49,728 bases of DNA from an uncultured Caulobacteraceae bacterium (GTDB lineage: Bacteria; Pseudomonadota; Alphaproteobacteria; Caulobacterales; Caulobacteraceae): NCBI GenBank assembly GCA_964600375.1, contig CAZRKY010000001.1, positions 1 through 49,728 on the forward strand, in the 5' to 3' direction. The position numbers and the translations under genes were made by a program. Below the pieces are notes generated by a model that saw nothing but the letters and a program-made list of their open reading frames with translations, ran no database searches and was not told where the DNA came from. Numbering within the stretch: position 1 is the first letter of the stretch; each line of letters opens with the position of its first letter. This document shows, piece by piece, positions 34,336 through 41,853 of the stretch.

Positions 34336-34613
34336 CGGCGGCCGCCCGCCAGCAGCATGCCGATGACCACGCCGATTCCGACGGCGGTCAGGGTCGAGAC
34401 GATGGGCTTCTCCTGGACGCGCTCGGTGACGTAGCGCTGGGCGGTCTCGAGCTGGTCGGAGGCTTCGTCGTAGTACTCGCGGGCCCGCTCGCGGAATTCG
34501 CCGGCGCGTTCGCGCACGGCCTGTTCGGCGCGCAGGGCGAACTCGCGGACGCGGCGTTCTTCTTCGCTCAGGCCGTTGGCGCGGTCAGCGGCGGCTTTGG
34601 ATTGGGCGGCCAT
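34332..34613 (-). CDS. DUF883 (ElaB/YqjD/YgaM) membrane-anchored stress protein
   Basis: 93 aa, SD AGGAGAAG. Charged helical N-terminus and a C-terminal anchor (TLTAVGIGVVIGMLLAGGRR). Confidence 0.85.
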   Translation of the reverse strand: MAAQSKAAADRANGLSEEERRVREFALRAEQAVRERAGEFRERAREYYDEASDQLETAQRYVTERVQEKPIVSTLTAVGIGVVIGMLLAGGRR

Positions 34614-34658
34614 GGTAGCTTCTCCTGGAATTGGGTGCGAAGGCAGCCCCGACGCGTC

Positions 34659-34683
34659 AACGCGCCGCGACCGCCACCGTTCC
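34659..34683 (-). promoter_or_regulatory. EcfG/SigT-type promoter GGAAC-N16-CGTT for the DUF883 operon
   Basis: The plus strand shows AACG (34659-34662), N16, GTTCC (34679-34683), about 46 bp upstream of the ATG at 34613. Confidence 0.72.
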
Positions 34684-34810
34684 GAGACCTCCTACGCCCA
34701 AACCGGTTTCAAGTCTCCAAAGATTTCCGTAAGCGCTTACATAAATGACGCAAGGGCATTCCCTCGCCGCGACGCTGGCCTCGGCGCGGACCTGGGCTTA
34801 TGAGTCGGCC

Positions 34811-35446
34811 ATGAGCCTCCTCCTGCACGGCTACTGGCGCTCCGGGACCTCCTACCGCACCCGCATCGCGCTGAACCTCAAGGGCCTCGACTACGACCAG
34901 CTGGGCGTCGACCTGCGCGCCGGCGACCAGCGGTCCGACGCCTTCCTGGCGCTCAATCCTCAAGGCCTGGTCCCCGCCCTCGAACACGACGGCGGTGTGC
35001 TGACCCAGAGCCCGGCCATAATCGAATGGCTGGACGAGCGGTGGCCCGAGCCGCCGCTGCTGCCCCGCGATCCCGACGCCCGCGCCACGGTGCGCGCCAT
35101 GGCGGCGATCATCGGCTGTGACATCCACCCCCTGAACAACCTGCGGGTCCTCAAGGCGATCCGCGAACTGGGCGCCGACGAGCCCGGGACCAATGCCTGG
35201 GCGGGCCGCTGGATCGCCGCGGGATTCGACGCGCTGGAGGCGATGATCGCCCGCCACGGCGACGGCTGGGCCCATGGGGCCGCGCCGGGGCTGGTGGAAT
35301 GCTACCTGATCCCGCAGGTCTATTCGGCGCGCCGCTTTGCCGTCGACCTCTCCCCCTGGCCGCTGATCGGCGCCATAGACCGGCGCGCCGCCGAACACTC
35401 CGCCATCGCGGCGGCCCACCCTGACCTGCAGCCGGACGCCGACTGA
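34811..35446 (+). CDS. maiA: maleylacetoacetate isomerase (zeta-class GST)
   Basis: 211 aa from the ATG at 34811: MSLLLHGYWRSGTSYRTRIALNLKGLDY..., the GST zeta signature. Confidence 0.85.
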   Translation: MSLLLHGYWRSGTSYRTRIALNLKGLDYDQLGVDLRAGDQRSDAFLALNPQGLVPALEHDGGVLTQSPAIIEWLDERWPEPPLLPRDPDARATVRAMAAIIGCDIHPLNNLRVLKAIRELGADEPGTNAWAGRWIAAGFDALEAMIARHGDGWAHGAAPGLVECYLIPQVYSARRFAVDLSPWPLIGAIDRRAAEHSAIAAAHPDLQPDAD

Positions 35447-36072
35447 TGCTGGATGAGCTGAAACGCCGCAATCGCGACTGGGCCGCCTCCAAGACCCTGG
35501 TCGACCCTGAGTTCTTCGCCCGCCTGGTCAGCCAGCAGGCCCCCGACTACCTCTGGATCGGCTGTTCCGACAGCCGGGTTCCGGCCAACGAGATCGTCGG
35601 GCTGGATCCCGGCGAGATGTTCGTCCACCGCAACGTCGCCAACCTGGCCCCGCCCCAGGACGCGAACTACCTCTCGGTGCTGCAGTACGCGCTCGAGGTG
35701 CTCGGCATCGAGCATGTGCTGGTGGTGGGGCACTACGGCTGCGGGGGCGTGCGGGCGGCGGTGGAGAGCACCGACCACGGGCTCATCGATCACTGGCTCT
35801 CGCCCGTGCGCGAGACCGCCCATGACCACCGCGACGAATTGGCGGCCATCGGCGGGGACGCGCGGCTGGACCGGCTTTGCGAGCTGAACGTGATGCGCCA
35901 GGTCCGCAACGTCGCCTCCAACCCCTTCGTCACCAAGGCGTGGAAGGACGGCCGCAAGCTGTGCGTGCACGGCTGGGTCTATTCCCTCGCCGACGGTCTG
36001 GTCCACGATCTGAACGTCACGGTCGGCGGGCCGGACGATTTCCAGCGCCACTTCGAAAACCAGCCCTGCTAG
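35446..36072 (+). CDS. can: beta-class carbonic anhydrase
   Basis: 208 aa with motifs CSDSR and HYGCGG. Start overlaps the maiA stop. Confidence 0.9.
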   Translation: MLDELKRRNRDWAASKTLVDPEFFARLVSQQAPDYLWIGCSDSRVPANEIVGLDPGEMFVHRNVANLAPPQDANYLSVLQYALEVLGIEHVLVVGHYGCGGVRAAVESTDHGLIDHWLSPVRETAHDHRDELAAIGGDARLDRLCELNVMRQVRNVASNPFVTKAWKDGRKLCVHGWVYSLADGLVHDLNVTVGGPDDFQRHFENQPC

Positions 36073-36172
36073 GGGTTTGGACAGCTTGAGCGTCCCGAAA
36101 TCGGACGGCTCAGCGGTTCCTTAAGGTTTACGCCCCACGTTTGGGGAGACCAGGAACCGTCGGAGGCGCGCC

Positions 36173-37306
36173 ATGTCGCGGGCCGCAGCTCAAGTCGCCG
36201 CCAAGGCCGCCCCGGGTTCGGGCCGCGTCCGCGCGGCCGCGGTTCCCACCTACGCCGCCGCCCTCAAATCGGCCCGGATGGCCGTGGGCGCGACCATCAC
36301 CGATCGCAACGGCGTCACGCGCCTTGACCTCTGCAACGCCGAGGGCGCGGTGCTGCTGGGCTGGGCCGACGCCCGGGTCGAGAACGCGGTCGCCGGCATC
36401 CGGCCTGACCACCACTGCCAGGCGGAGGCCGCCGAGCGCATCGGCATGCTGCTGCCCTGCGCCGAGGCTGTTGCCTTCCGTTCGCACCTCAATCACGCTC
36501 TGGCCGACGCCCTGTCGGCGGCCAAGACCCTGACCGGCCGCGACGGCGCCTTCTTCTGCGACGACGAGACTACCGCCCGCGGCGATGGCGAGGCGGTCAC
36601 CGCCGCGCTGCAGCGCCACGCCGGGCAGGTCGCCGCCCTGGTCATCCGCCCGATGGAGGCGACCCGCGATTTCCTGGTGACGGCGCGCAAGCTGACCCGC
36701 CGCGACGGCGTGCTGCTGATCTTCGACGAAAGCCGCACCGCGCTTCGCGTCCACAAGGGCGGGTCCCAAGGGCTTCACGGGGTGGTCCCCGACATCGCCT
36801 TGCTCGGCCCGTCCATCGCCAATGGCCGGCCAATCGCCGCCATCGCCGGCCGCGTCGAGCCCATGCGCTTGCTCAGCGCCAGCGGTGACCGGGTCCCGGG
36901 ATCGGCGCTCGCCGCCGCCTGCGCCACCCTGGACCGCGTCGCCCGGGACGACGTGCCCGAGACCCTGACCCTGCGCGGGGCCGAGATCGAAGCCGAGGTG
37001 TCCGCCCGCCTGGATCGCACCGGCGCGGCTCGCTGGCTGGGCCTTTACGGGGACCCGACCTGGAGCCTGATGGCCGCCAATCCCCGCGCCGGTTTCGACG
37101 GTGAGGCGATGGAAGCCGCCCTGGCCCTGGCCCTCTACGAAAAGGGCGTGCTCAGCTTCGGCGCCCATGTCGCCTCCATGGCGCTGAACGAGGCCGCCAT
37201 GTCGCGCCTGCTGGCCGCCTATGACGCGGTGTTGCCGCCCTTGGTCGAGCGCGCTGCCGCCGGGGACTTCGACCGCCGTCTGCGCAGGAGCGCGCTGGCG
37301 CGATGA
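36173..37306 (+). CDS. class-III aminotransferase / GSA-aminomutase-like protein lacking the PLP lysine (probable pseudoenzyme)
   Basis: 377 aa. Aligns by eye to HemL-type sequences (FDESRTALR...VVPDIALLGPSIANGRP), but the Schiff-base Lys position is Pro (codon 36809-36811) and the SGTEA-type motif is degenerate. Confidence 0.65.
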   Translation: MSRAAAQVAAKAAPGSGRVRAAAVPTYAAALKSARMAVGATITDRNGVTRLDLCNAEGAVLLGWADARVENAVAGIRPDHHCQAEAAERIGMLLPCAEAVAFRSHLNHALADALSAAKTLTGRDGAFFCDDETTARGDGEAVTAALQRHAGQVAALVIRPMEATRDFLVTARKLTRRDGVLLIFDESRTALRVHKGGSQGLHGVVPDIALLGPSIANGRPIAAIAGRVEPMRLLSASGDRVPGSALAAACATLDRVARDDVPETLTLRGAEIEAEVSARLDRTGAARWLGLYGDPTWSLMAANPRAGFDGEAMEAALALALYEKGVLSFGAHVASMALNEAAMSRLLAAYDAVLPPLVERAAAGDFDRRLRRSALAR

Positions 37307-38220
37307 TCCGCACCGCAGACCTTGGACTGGGTGCGGCCCAGTTCGGACTCGACTACGGCGTGTCAAACGCCCGCGGCCGCGTTCCGGAGGACGAGGTCCG
37401 CCTCATCCTCGACACCGCCGCGGCCAACCAGGTCGGTTTCGTCGACACCGCTCCGGCCTATGGCGATTCCGAGCGGGTCCTGGGCCAGAGCTGGCCTTTC
37501 CCGAGCCCCTTCCGGGTGGTCACCAAGACGGTGGCGATCGGCGAGGGCCTGGACCGGGTCGAGACCCGCGCCCGCCGCTCGCTGGAGAAGATGGGCCTGT
37601 CGCGCGGCCACGCCCTGCTGGTGCATTCCGCCGAGGACCTGCTGGGTCCCGACGGTCCGGCGCTATGGGACCGCCTTCAGGGGCTGAAGGACGAGGGCCT
37701 GTTCCAGAAGATCGGCGTCTCCTGCTACGGATCGGACGAGCCGGTGCACCTGGCCCGACGTTTCCGGCCGGACCTGATCCAGCTGCCCTGTTCGCTGCTC
37801 GACCAGCGCCCGGATCGGGACGGGACCCTGCGGTCGCTCGCGGACCTGGGGGTCGAGATCCACCTGCGCTCGATCTTCCTGCAGGGCCTGCTGTTCCTCG
37901 ACCGCGACCAGCTGCCCCCGGCCCTCTCCGACGCCGGCCCGCGCCTGTCGCGCATTCGCCGGGCGCTCGCCGAAGCGGGCGCCGATCCGTTGCAGGCGGC
38001 GCTGGCCTACGCCCAGACCCGGCCCGGGGCCGCTGCCGTGATCCTGGGCGTAACCTCGGCGGCCGAGCTGCGCGCCATCCTGGCCGCCGCGGCCACGCCC
38101 GTGCCCGACCTCGACTGGGCGGCCCTGGCGCTCGATCACCCGGTTGCGCTGGATCCCCGGCGCTGGACCGAGGCGCCGGCGCCCCGGTCCAACGTTACCC
38201 GGCTCAGTAGCGCAGCCTGA
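37303..38220 (+). CDS. aldo/keto reductase family oxidoreductase
   Basis: 305 aa. AKR N-terminal pattern (LGLGAAQFG...FVDTAPAYGDSE). Start overlaps the upstream stop (ATGA). Confidence 0.85.
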   Translation: MIRTADLGLGAAQFGLDYGVSNARGRVPEDEVRLILDTAAANQVGFVDTAPAYGDSERVLGQSWPFPSPFRVVTKTVAIGEGLDRVETRARRSLEKMGLSRGHALLVHSAEDLLGPDGPALWDRLQGLKDEGLFQKIGVSCYGSDEPVHLARRFRPDLIQLPCSLLDQRPDRDGTLRSLADLGVEIHLRSIFLQGLLFLDRDQLPPALSDAGPRLSRIRRALAEAGADPLQAALAYAQTRPGAAAVILGVTSAAELRAILAAAATPVPDLDWAALALDHPVALDPRRWTEAPAPRSNVTRLSSAA

Positions 38221-40054
38221 TCCCGGCGTAGGCCGAGCGCCCCGGCTGGCCGTAGCCGGCCGCCTCCTGGTAGTGGGCGTCGGTCAGGTTCTCGATCCGC
38301 GCCGTCAGCTTCACCCGCGCTGTCAGGGCATAGCCCGCCGCCAGGTCTACGGTGGCGAAGCCCGGCCGCTCGCCGGTCCCGAACCCGATCACGTCGCGCT
38401 GTTCGCTCTCGGCGCGGAGGGTGAGCGCCCCGTCCAGACGCTCGCCCGCCCAGAACAGGCTGACCGACCCGCTGTGCTCGGGCGCGCGCAACAGGCGCAG
38501 GCCGGTGGAATTATCGACCGCGTCGGTGAAGGCGTAGCCGGCCTTGACGCTGAACCCCGCCCCCAGGTCCGCCCGCAGGTCGGCCTCGACCCCGTCGGTC
38601 GAGGTCGAGGCGATGTTCTCGTAGTGGCCCCCGACGTAGGAAATCTGGTCGCTGACATCGAGGTGGTAGCCGGTGACCGAGGCCTCGAAGCGGCGCCCGG
38701 CCGAGCGCCAGCCCAGGGTCGCGTCCCAGCCTTCGGCGGTTTCCGGCGACAGGGCGACCGCGGGCGTGAAGCAGAAATCGCAGACGATCTGGCTGATGGT
38801 CGGGGTCTTGAACCCCTGGCCGAACGAGGCGGTGGCGCGCCAGCCCCTGCCCAGGTCGGCCATCAGCGACAGCCGCACGGTCGTCTCGCCGTCGAAGTCT
38901 TCGGGCGCGTCATGGCGCAGGCCCAGCGTCGCGCTCAGCCGGTCGTTGGGGCTGAAGCGGCCGACGGCGAACACCGAGGTCGTGGCCAGGGCCGCGTCGG
39001 TGAAGCTGGCGTCGCCCCGGATGCGCTCGTGCTCGACCCCGGCCACCAGGCCCCACGCCTCGCCGGCCTGATCATGCTCGGCCGTCCAGCGCCAGACCTG
39101 CCGATCGCCGGTGAAGGCGCCCGGGAAGCTGCCGAAGCTCTCGCGCGCGATGTCGTAGAGGCTGACGCTGAGACTGTGGGTCAGGCCCCAGGGACCGTCG
39201 ATGCGGGCGCGGGCGAAGCCCGACCAGGTCCGCGTCTCCGCCCGGTCGGCGGTGTCGACCAGCACATAGAGCGGCGGCGGGAAGCCGTCGGTCTCGATCC
39301 CGGCGGCGCTGTAGCGCAGGCGACCGTCCATTTCGATCGCCGGGGACAGGCGCGCCCGCCCGGCCACGCCCGCCGTCCAGGTCTCGAAGCCGTCCTCCTC
39401 GCGGGCGCCGTCGGCCTCGTCGGCCTGGGAGACGCCATCGGTGCGGAAGGCCGAGACAAAGGCCGAAACCGCGTGATCGGGCCCCCGGGCCCCAACCGAG
39501 ACGAACCCGCGCAGGGTGGCGAACGATCCGCCCTCGACGGTCGCCGACAGCCCCTCGGCCTCGCGGGTGGTGAAGCTGATCACCCCGCCGATGGCGGCCG
39601 AGCCCCACAGCGAGCCCTGGGGTCCCGACAGGATCTCGATGCGCTCGACCTGGGCCAGGTCCAGGCTGGAGAAGTCATAGGCCCCCGATGGCGTGGCGGG
39701 GTCGTTCATGGGCACGCCGTCGATCAGCACCAGGGTCTTGTCGGTCGAGGCGCCGCGGATCCGCACCGAGGTAAGGCCCCCGAACGCACCTTCGGAATAG
39801 AGCCCCAGGCCCGGCACGGTGTTGAGCACGTCAGCGGCGAAGCTCGCCTGCAGCGCCTCGATCTGGTCGGCGGAGATCACCCGCAGGCCCGGCGCGTCGG
39901 CGGGGGTGGTGGGCAGGCGGCCGACGGTGATCACCGCCTCCTCGACCTCCGTCGGGTCGTCGGCCAGGGCCGCGCCGGCGGGCAGCAGCATCGCCGCCGT
40001 CAGGGCGGCTAACAGGGCGTGGGGGCAGGCTGAAGCCGGTGGTCGAAAGCGCAT
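38204..40054 (-). CDS. btuB: TonB-dependent receptor, BtuB-like (cobalamin/corrinoid uptake)
   Basis: 616 aa with a signal peptide, a plug domain and a C-terminal aromatic residue (...AGIRLRY). A cobalamin riboswitch lies in the 5' leader. Confidence 0.88.
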   Translation of the reverse strand: MRFRPPASACPHALLAALTAAMLLPAGAALADDPTEVEEAVITVGRLPTTPADAPGLRVISADQIEALQASFAADVLNTVPGLGLYSEGAFGGLTSVRIRGASTDKTLVLIDGVPMNDPATPSGAYDFSSLDLAQVERIEILSGPQGSLWGSAAIGGVISFTTREAEGLSATVEGGSFATLRGFVSVGARGPDHAVSAFVSAFRTDGVSQADEADGAREEDGFETWTAGVAGRARLSPAIEMDGRLRYSAAGIETDGFPPPLYVLVDTADRAETRTWSGFARARIDGPWGLTHSLSVSLYDIARESFGSFPGAFTGDRQVWRWTAEHDQAGEAWGLVAGVEHERIRGDASFTDAALATTSVFAVGRFSPNDRLSATLGLRHDAPEDFDGETTVRLSLMADLGRGWRATASFGQGFKTPTISQIVCDFCFTPAVALSPETAEGWDATLGWRSAGRRFEASVTGYHLDVSDQISYVGGHYENIASTSTDGVEADLRADLGAGFSVKAGYAFTDAVDNSTGLRLLRAPEHSGSVSLFWAGERLDGALTLRAESEQRDVIGFGTGERPGFATVDLAAGYALTARVKLTARIENLTDAHYQEAAGYGQPGRSAYAGIRLRY

Positions 40055-40209
40055 GGCGCAGGGTCCTTTCGGAATACCCGCGCGGCGCCGCGTGGCGATG
40101 AGGATTGAGGCGACAACGCCGGCGCGCCGCCCGGCGGTCGCCTCGACGGAGGACGCCCCGTCGAGACAGGGATCCTCACGCGCCCAAGGTCTGGTCCCGG
40201 ACCACGGGT

Positions 40210-40435
40210 CGAGCGACGGCGGCGGCAGGTCTCCTGGCTTCGCGGGTCAACAGCCGTTCGTCCTCGCCTTCCCGGCCCGAAATCCTGGCCAGTGGCGCCG
40301 CCCCAAGCGGGGGCGGACGGACGAGGGCCTCGCCGCTCACAGTTGCGGGCACAGCCGCGGATTAGGGGCAGGGCCCCGCACCGCATTCCCATCTTGGCCC
40401 CCCGTTAAAGGGGGAACCGCCTGGGCACCGGTATG
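40210..40435 (-). promoter_or_regulatory. cobalamin (B12) riboswitch
   Basis: The minus strand reads GGTGCCCAGG...AAGATGGGAATGCGGTG...AATCCGCGGCTGTGCCCGCAACTGTGA...GCCACTGGCC...GGGAAGGCG...GAAGCCAGGAGACCTGCC. The B12 box is at 40224-40239. The boundaries are approximate. Confidence 0.85.
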
Positions 40436-40494
40436 GCGGAGGGGGAAGGGGGAGGCAAGGGAGCCGGGAGCAGCGCCGCAAACGCGGTCTTCCC

Positions 40495-40527
40495 CAAAGC
40501 AAAAGGGCCCGCACGATGCGCGGGCCC
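40495..40527 (-). terminator. intrinsic terminator after msrA
   Basis: On the minus strand: GGGCCCGC-loop-GCGGGCCC followed by TTTTGCTTTG. Confidence 0.7.
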
Positions 40528-40552
40528 TTCCAACCTCAGTCACTCAAGACGC

Positions 40553-41206
40553 CTACGCCCCGGCGCTCACCTTCAGCCCGATGGGACACACAACGCCCGT
40601 CCCGCCGATGCCGCAGTAGCCGGCCGGGTTCTTGGCCAGGTAGCCCTGGTGGTAGCCCTCGGCGTAGTAGAACTCGGGTGCCTCGGCGATCTCGGTGGTG
40701 ATCGTGCCCAGGCCGCGCGCCGTCAGCGCCTGCTGGTAGGCGTCGCTGGACGCCTCGGCTGCGGCGCGCTGGGCGTCGTCCACCCAGTAGATGGCCGAGC
40801 GGTACTGGGTGCCGTGGTCGCCGCCCTGGCGCATGCCCTGGGTGGGGTCGTGGTTTTCCCAGAAGGCCTTTAGAAGTTGGTCGTAGGTGATGACCTTCGG
40901 ATCGAAGACGACCTTCACCGCCTCGGTGTGGCCGGTGCGGCCGGTGCAGGCTTCCTCATAGGTCGGGTTGGGGGTGATGCCGCCCTGGTAGCCGACGGCG
41001 GTGACCCAGACGCCCGGCAGTTGCCAGAAGATCCGCTCGACCCCCCAGAAACAGCCCATACCGAAATAGGCGGTCTCGAAGCCGTCGGGATAGGGCCCCT
41101 TGAGCGGTTGGCCCAGGACGAAGTGGTCGCCGTCGGTGGGGATGGGGGCGTCGCGGCCGGGCAGGGCGGTTTCGCGGGTGGGCAGGTCTTTGGGCTTGCC
41201 GAACAT
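40553..41206 (-). CDS. msrA: peptide-methionine (S)-S-oxide reductase MsrA
   Basis: 217 aa with active site GMGCFWGVE and the [11 protein letters not shown] motif. Confidence 0.93.
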   Translation of the reverse strand: MFGKPKDLPTRETALPGRDAPIPTDGDHFVLGQPLKGPYPDGFETAYFGMGCFWGVERIFWQLPGVWVTAVGYQGGITPNPTYEEACTGRTGHTEAVKVVFDPKVITYDQLLKAFWENHDPTQGMRQGGDHGTQYRSAIYWVDDAQRAAAEASSDAYQQALTARGLGTITTEIAEAPEFYYAEGYHQGYLAKNPAGYCGIGGTGVVCPIGLKVSAGA

Positions 41207-41400
41207 GGAGGTCCTCCGGGGGAGCGCGTTGGCACAGGATATGGGGATTTTGCGCGGGCTTGCATCCCGCGCCGTCGACCTCGAATTACGGGCGAATTGG
41301 CCCGAAGGTTACATCTGGCCCTCAAGCCGCCTTGCCGCCCCGCGCGCCTTGCTTTATTGCGCCCCGTTCGCGGTCGGAATCCCGGTTCCACCGACGTGCT

Positions 41401-41490
41401 GGAGAGGTGGCCGAGTGGTCGATGGCGCACGCTTGGAAAGCGTGTATAGGGGAAACTCTATCGTGGGTTCGAATCCCACTCTCTCCGCCA
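41401..41490 (+). tRNA. tRNA-Ser (anticodon GGA), CCA encoded
   Basis: GGAGAGG...CCGAGTGGTC (D arm), anticodon loop TTGGAAA, a long variable arm, T arm GGGTTCGAATCCC, and acceptor end CTCTCCGCCA. Confidence 0.9.
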
Positions 41491-41659
41491 CCCACCCGTC
41501 GAGATTTTCTCCGGGCTGAGGGCGTCCCAGAAACCCCCCGAAATTCCCGGGACTTCAACCCGGACAACCGCCGTAGCTCCCCGATTGATGTGCGTTTCAA
41601 CCCCAGTTCTGGGGGCAATATCCCTGCCTGGTCTCCGCCCGTCCCGGATGTAGTGGAGT

Positions 41660-41853
41660 TTCCCTGCTATCAGGGAATCTACAGGGAAGAGTCGCCAGAA
41701 AGGTCGCTTTTCGAGGGGTATCGACCCCCGACGTCCCTCGCAGACCCTTGTCCCGCAAGGGTCCCCGGACCTCTAACCCCCAATACCCTGTTCCAGACGG
41801 AACAGGGAATTGTGTTCGGTGGATCAGGGAACGGCCGAAATCAGATCAGGGAA
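41660..41853. repeat. cluster of CAGGGAA / TTCCCTG heptamers between tRNA-Ser and the recombinase gene
   Basis: Forward CAGGGAA at 41671, 41682, 41803, 41825 and 41847. Reverse TTCCCTG at 41660 and CCCTGTTCC at 41786. These include the inverted pairs TTCCCTG-N4-CAGGGAA and CCCTGTTCC-N4-GGAACAGGG. Confidence 0.9.

Noticed and set aside
38144-40012. 622-aa plus-strand ORF opposite the TonB-dependent receptor
   Set aside because: Antisense artefact. The minus frame has the signal peptide, plug domain, beta-barrel pattern and terminal aromatic residue, and is preceded by a B12 riboswitch.
41330-41395. EcfG-type promoter upstream of msrA
   Set aside because: A GTTCC is present on the plus strand, but the tetramer 16 nt away is CGTT rather than AACG, which is the wrong orientation for a minus-strand promoter.
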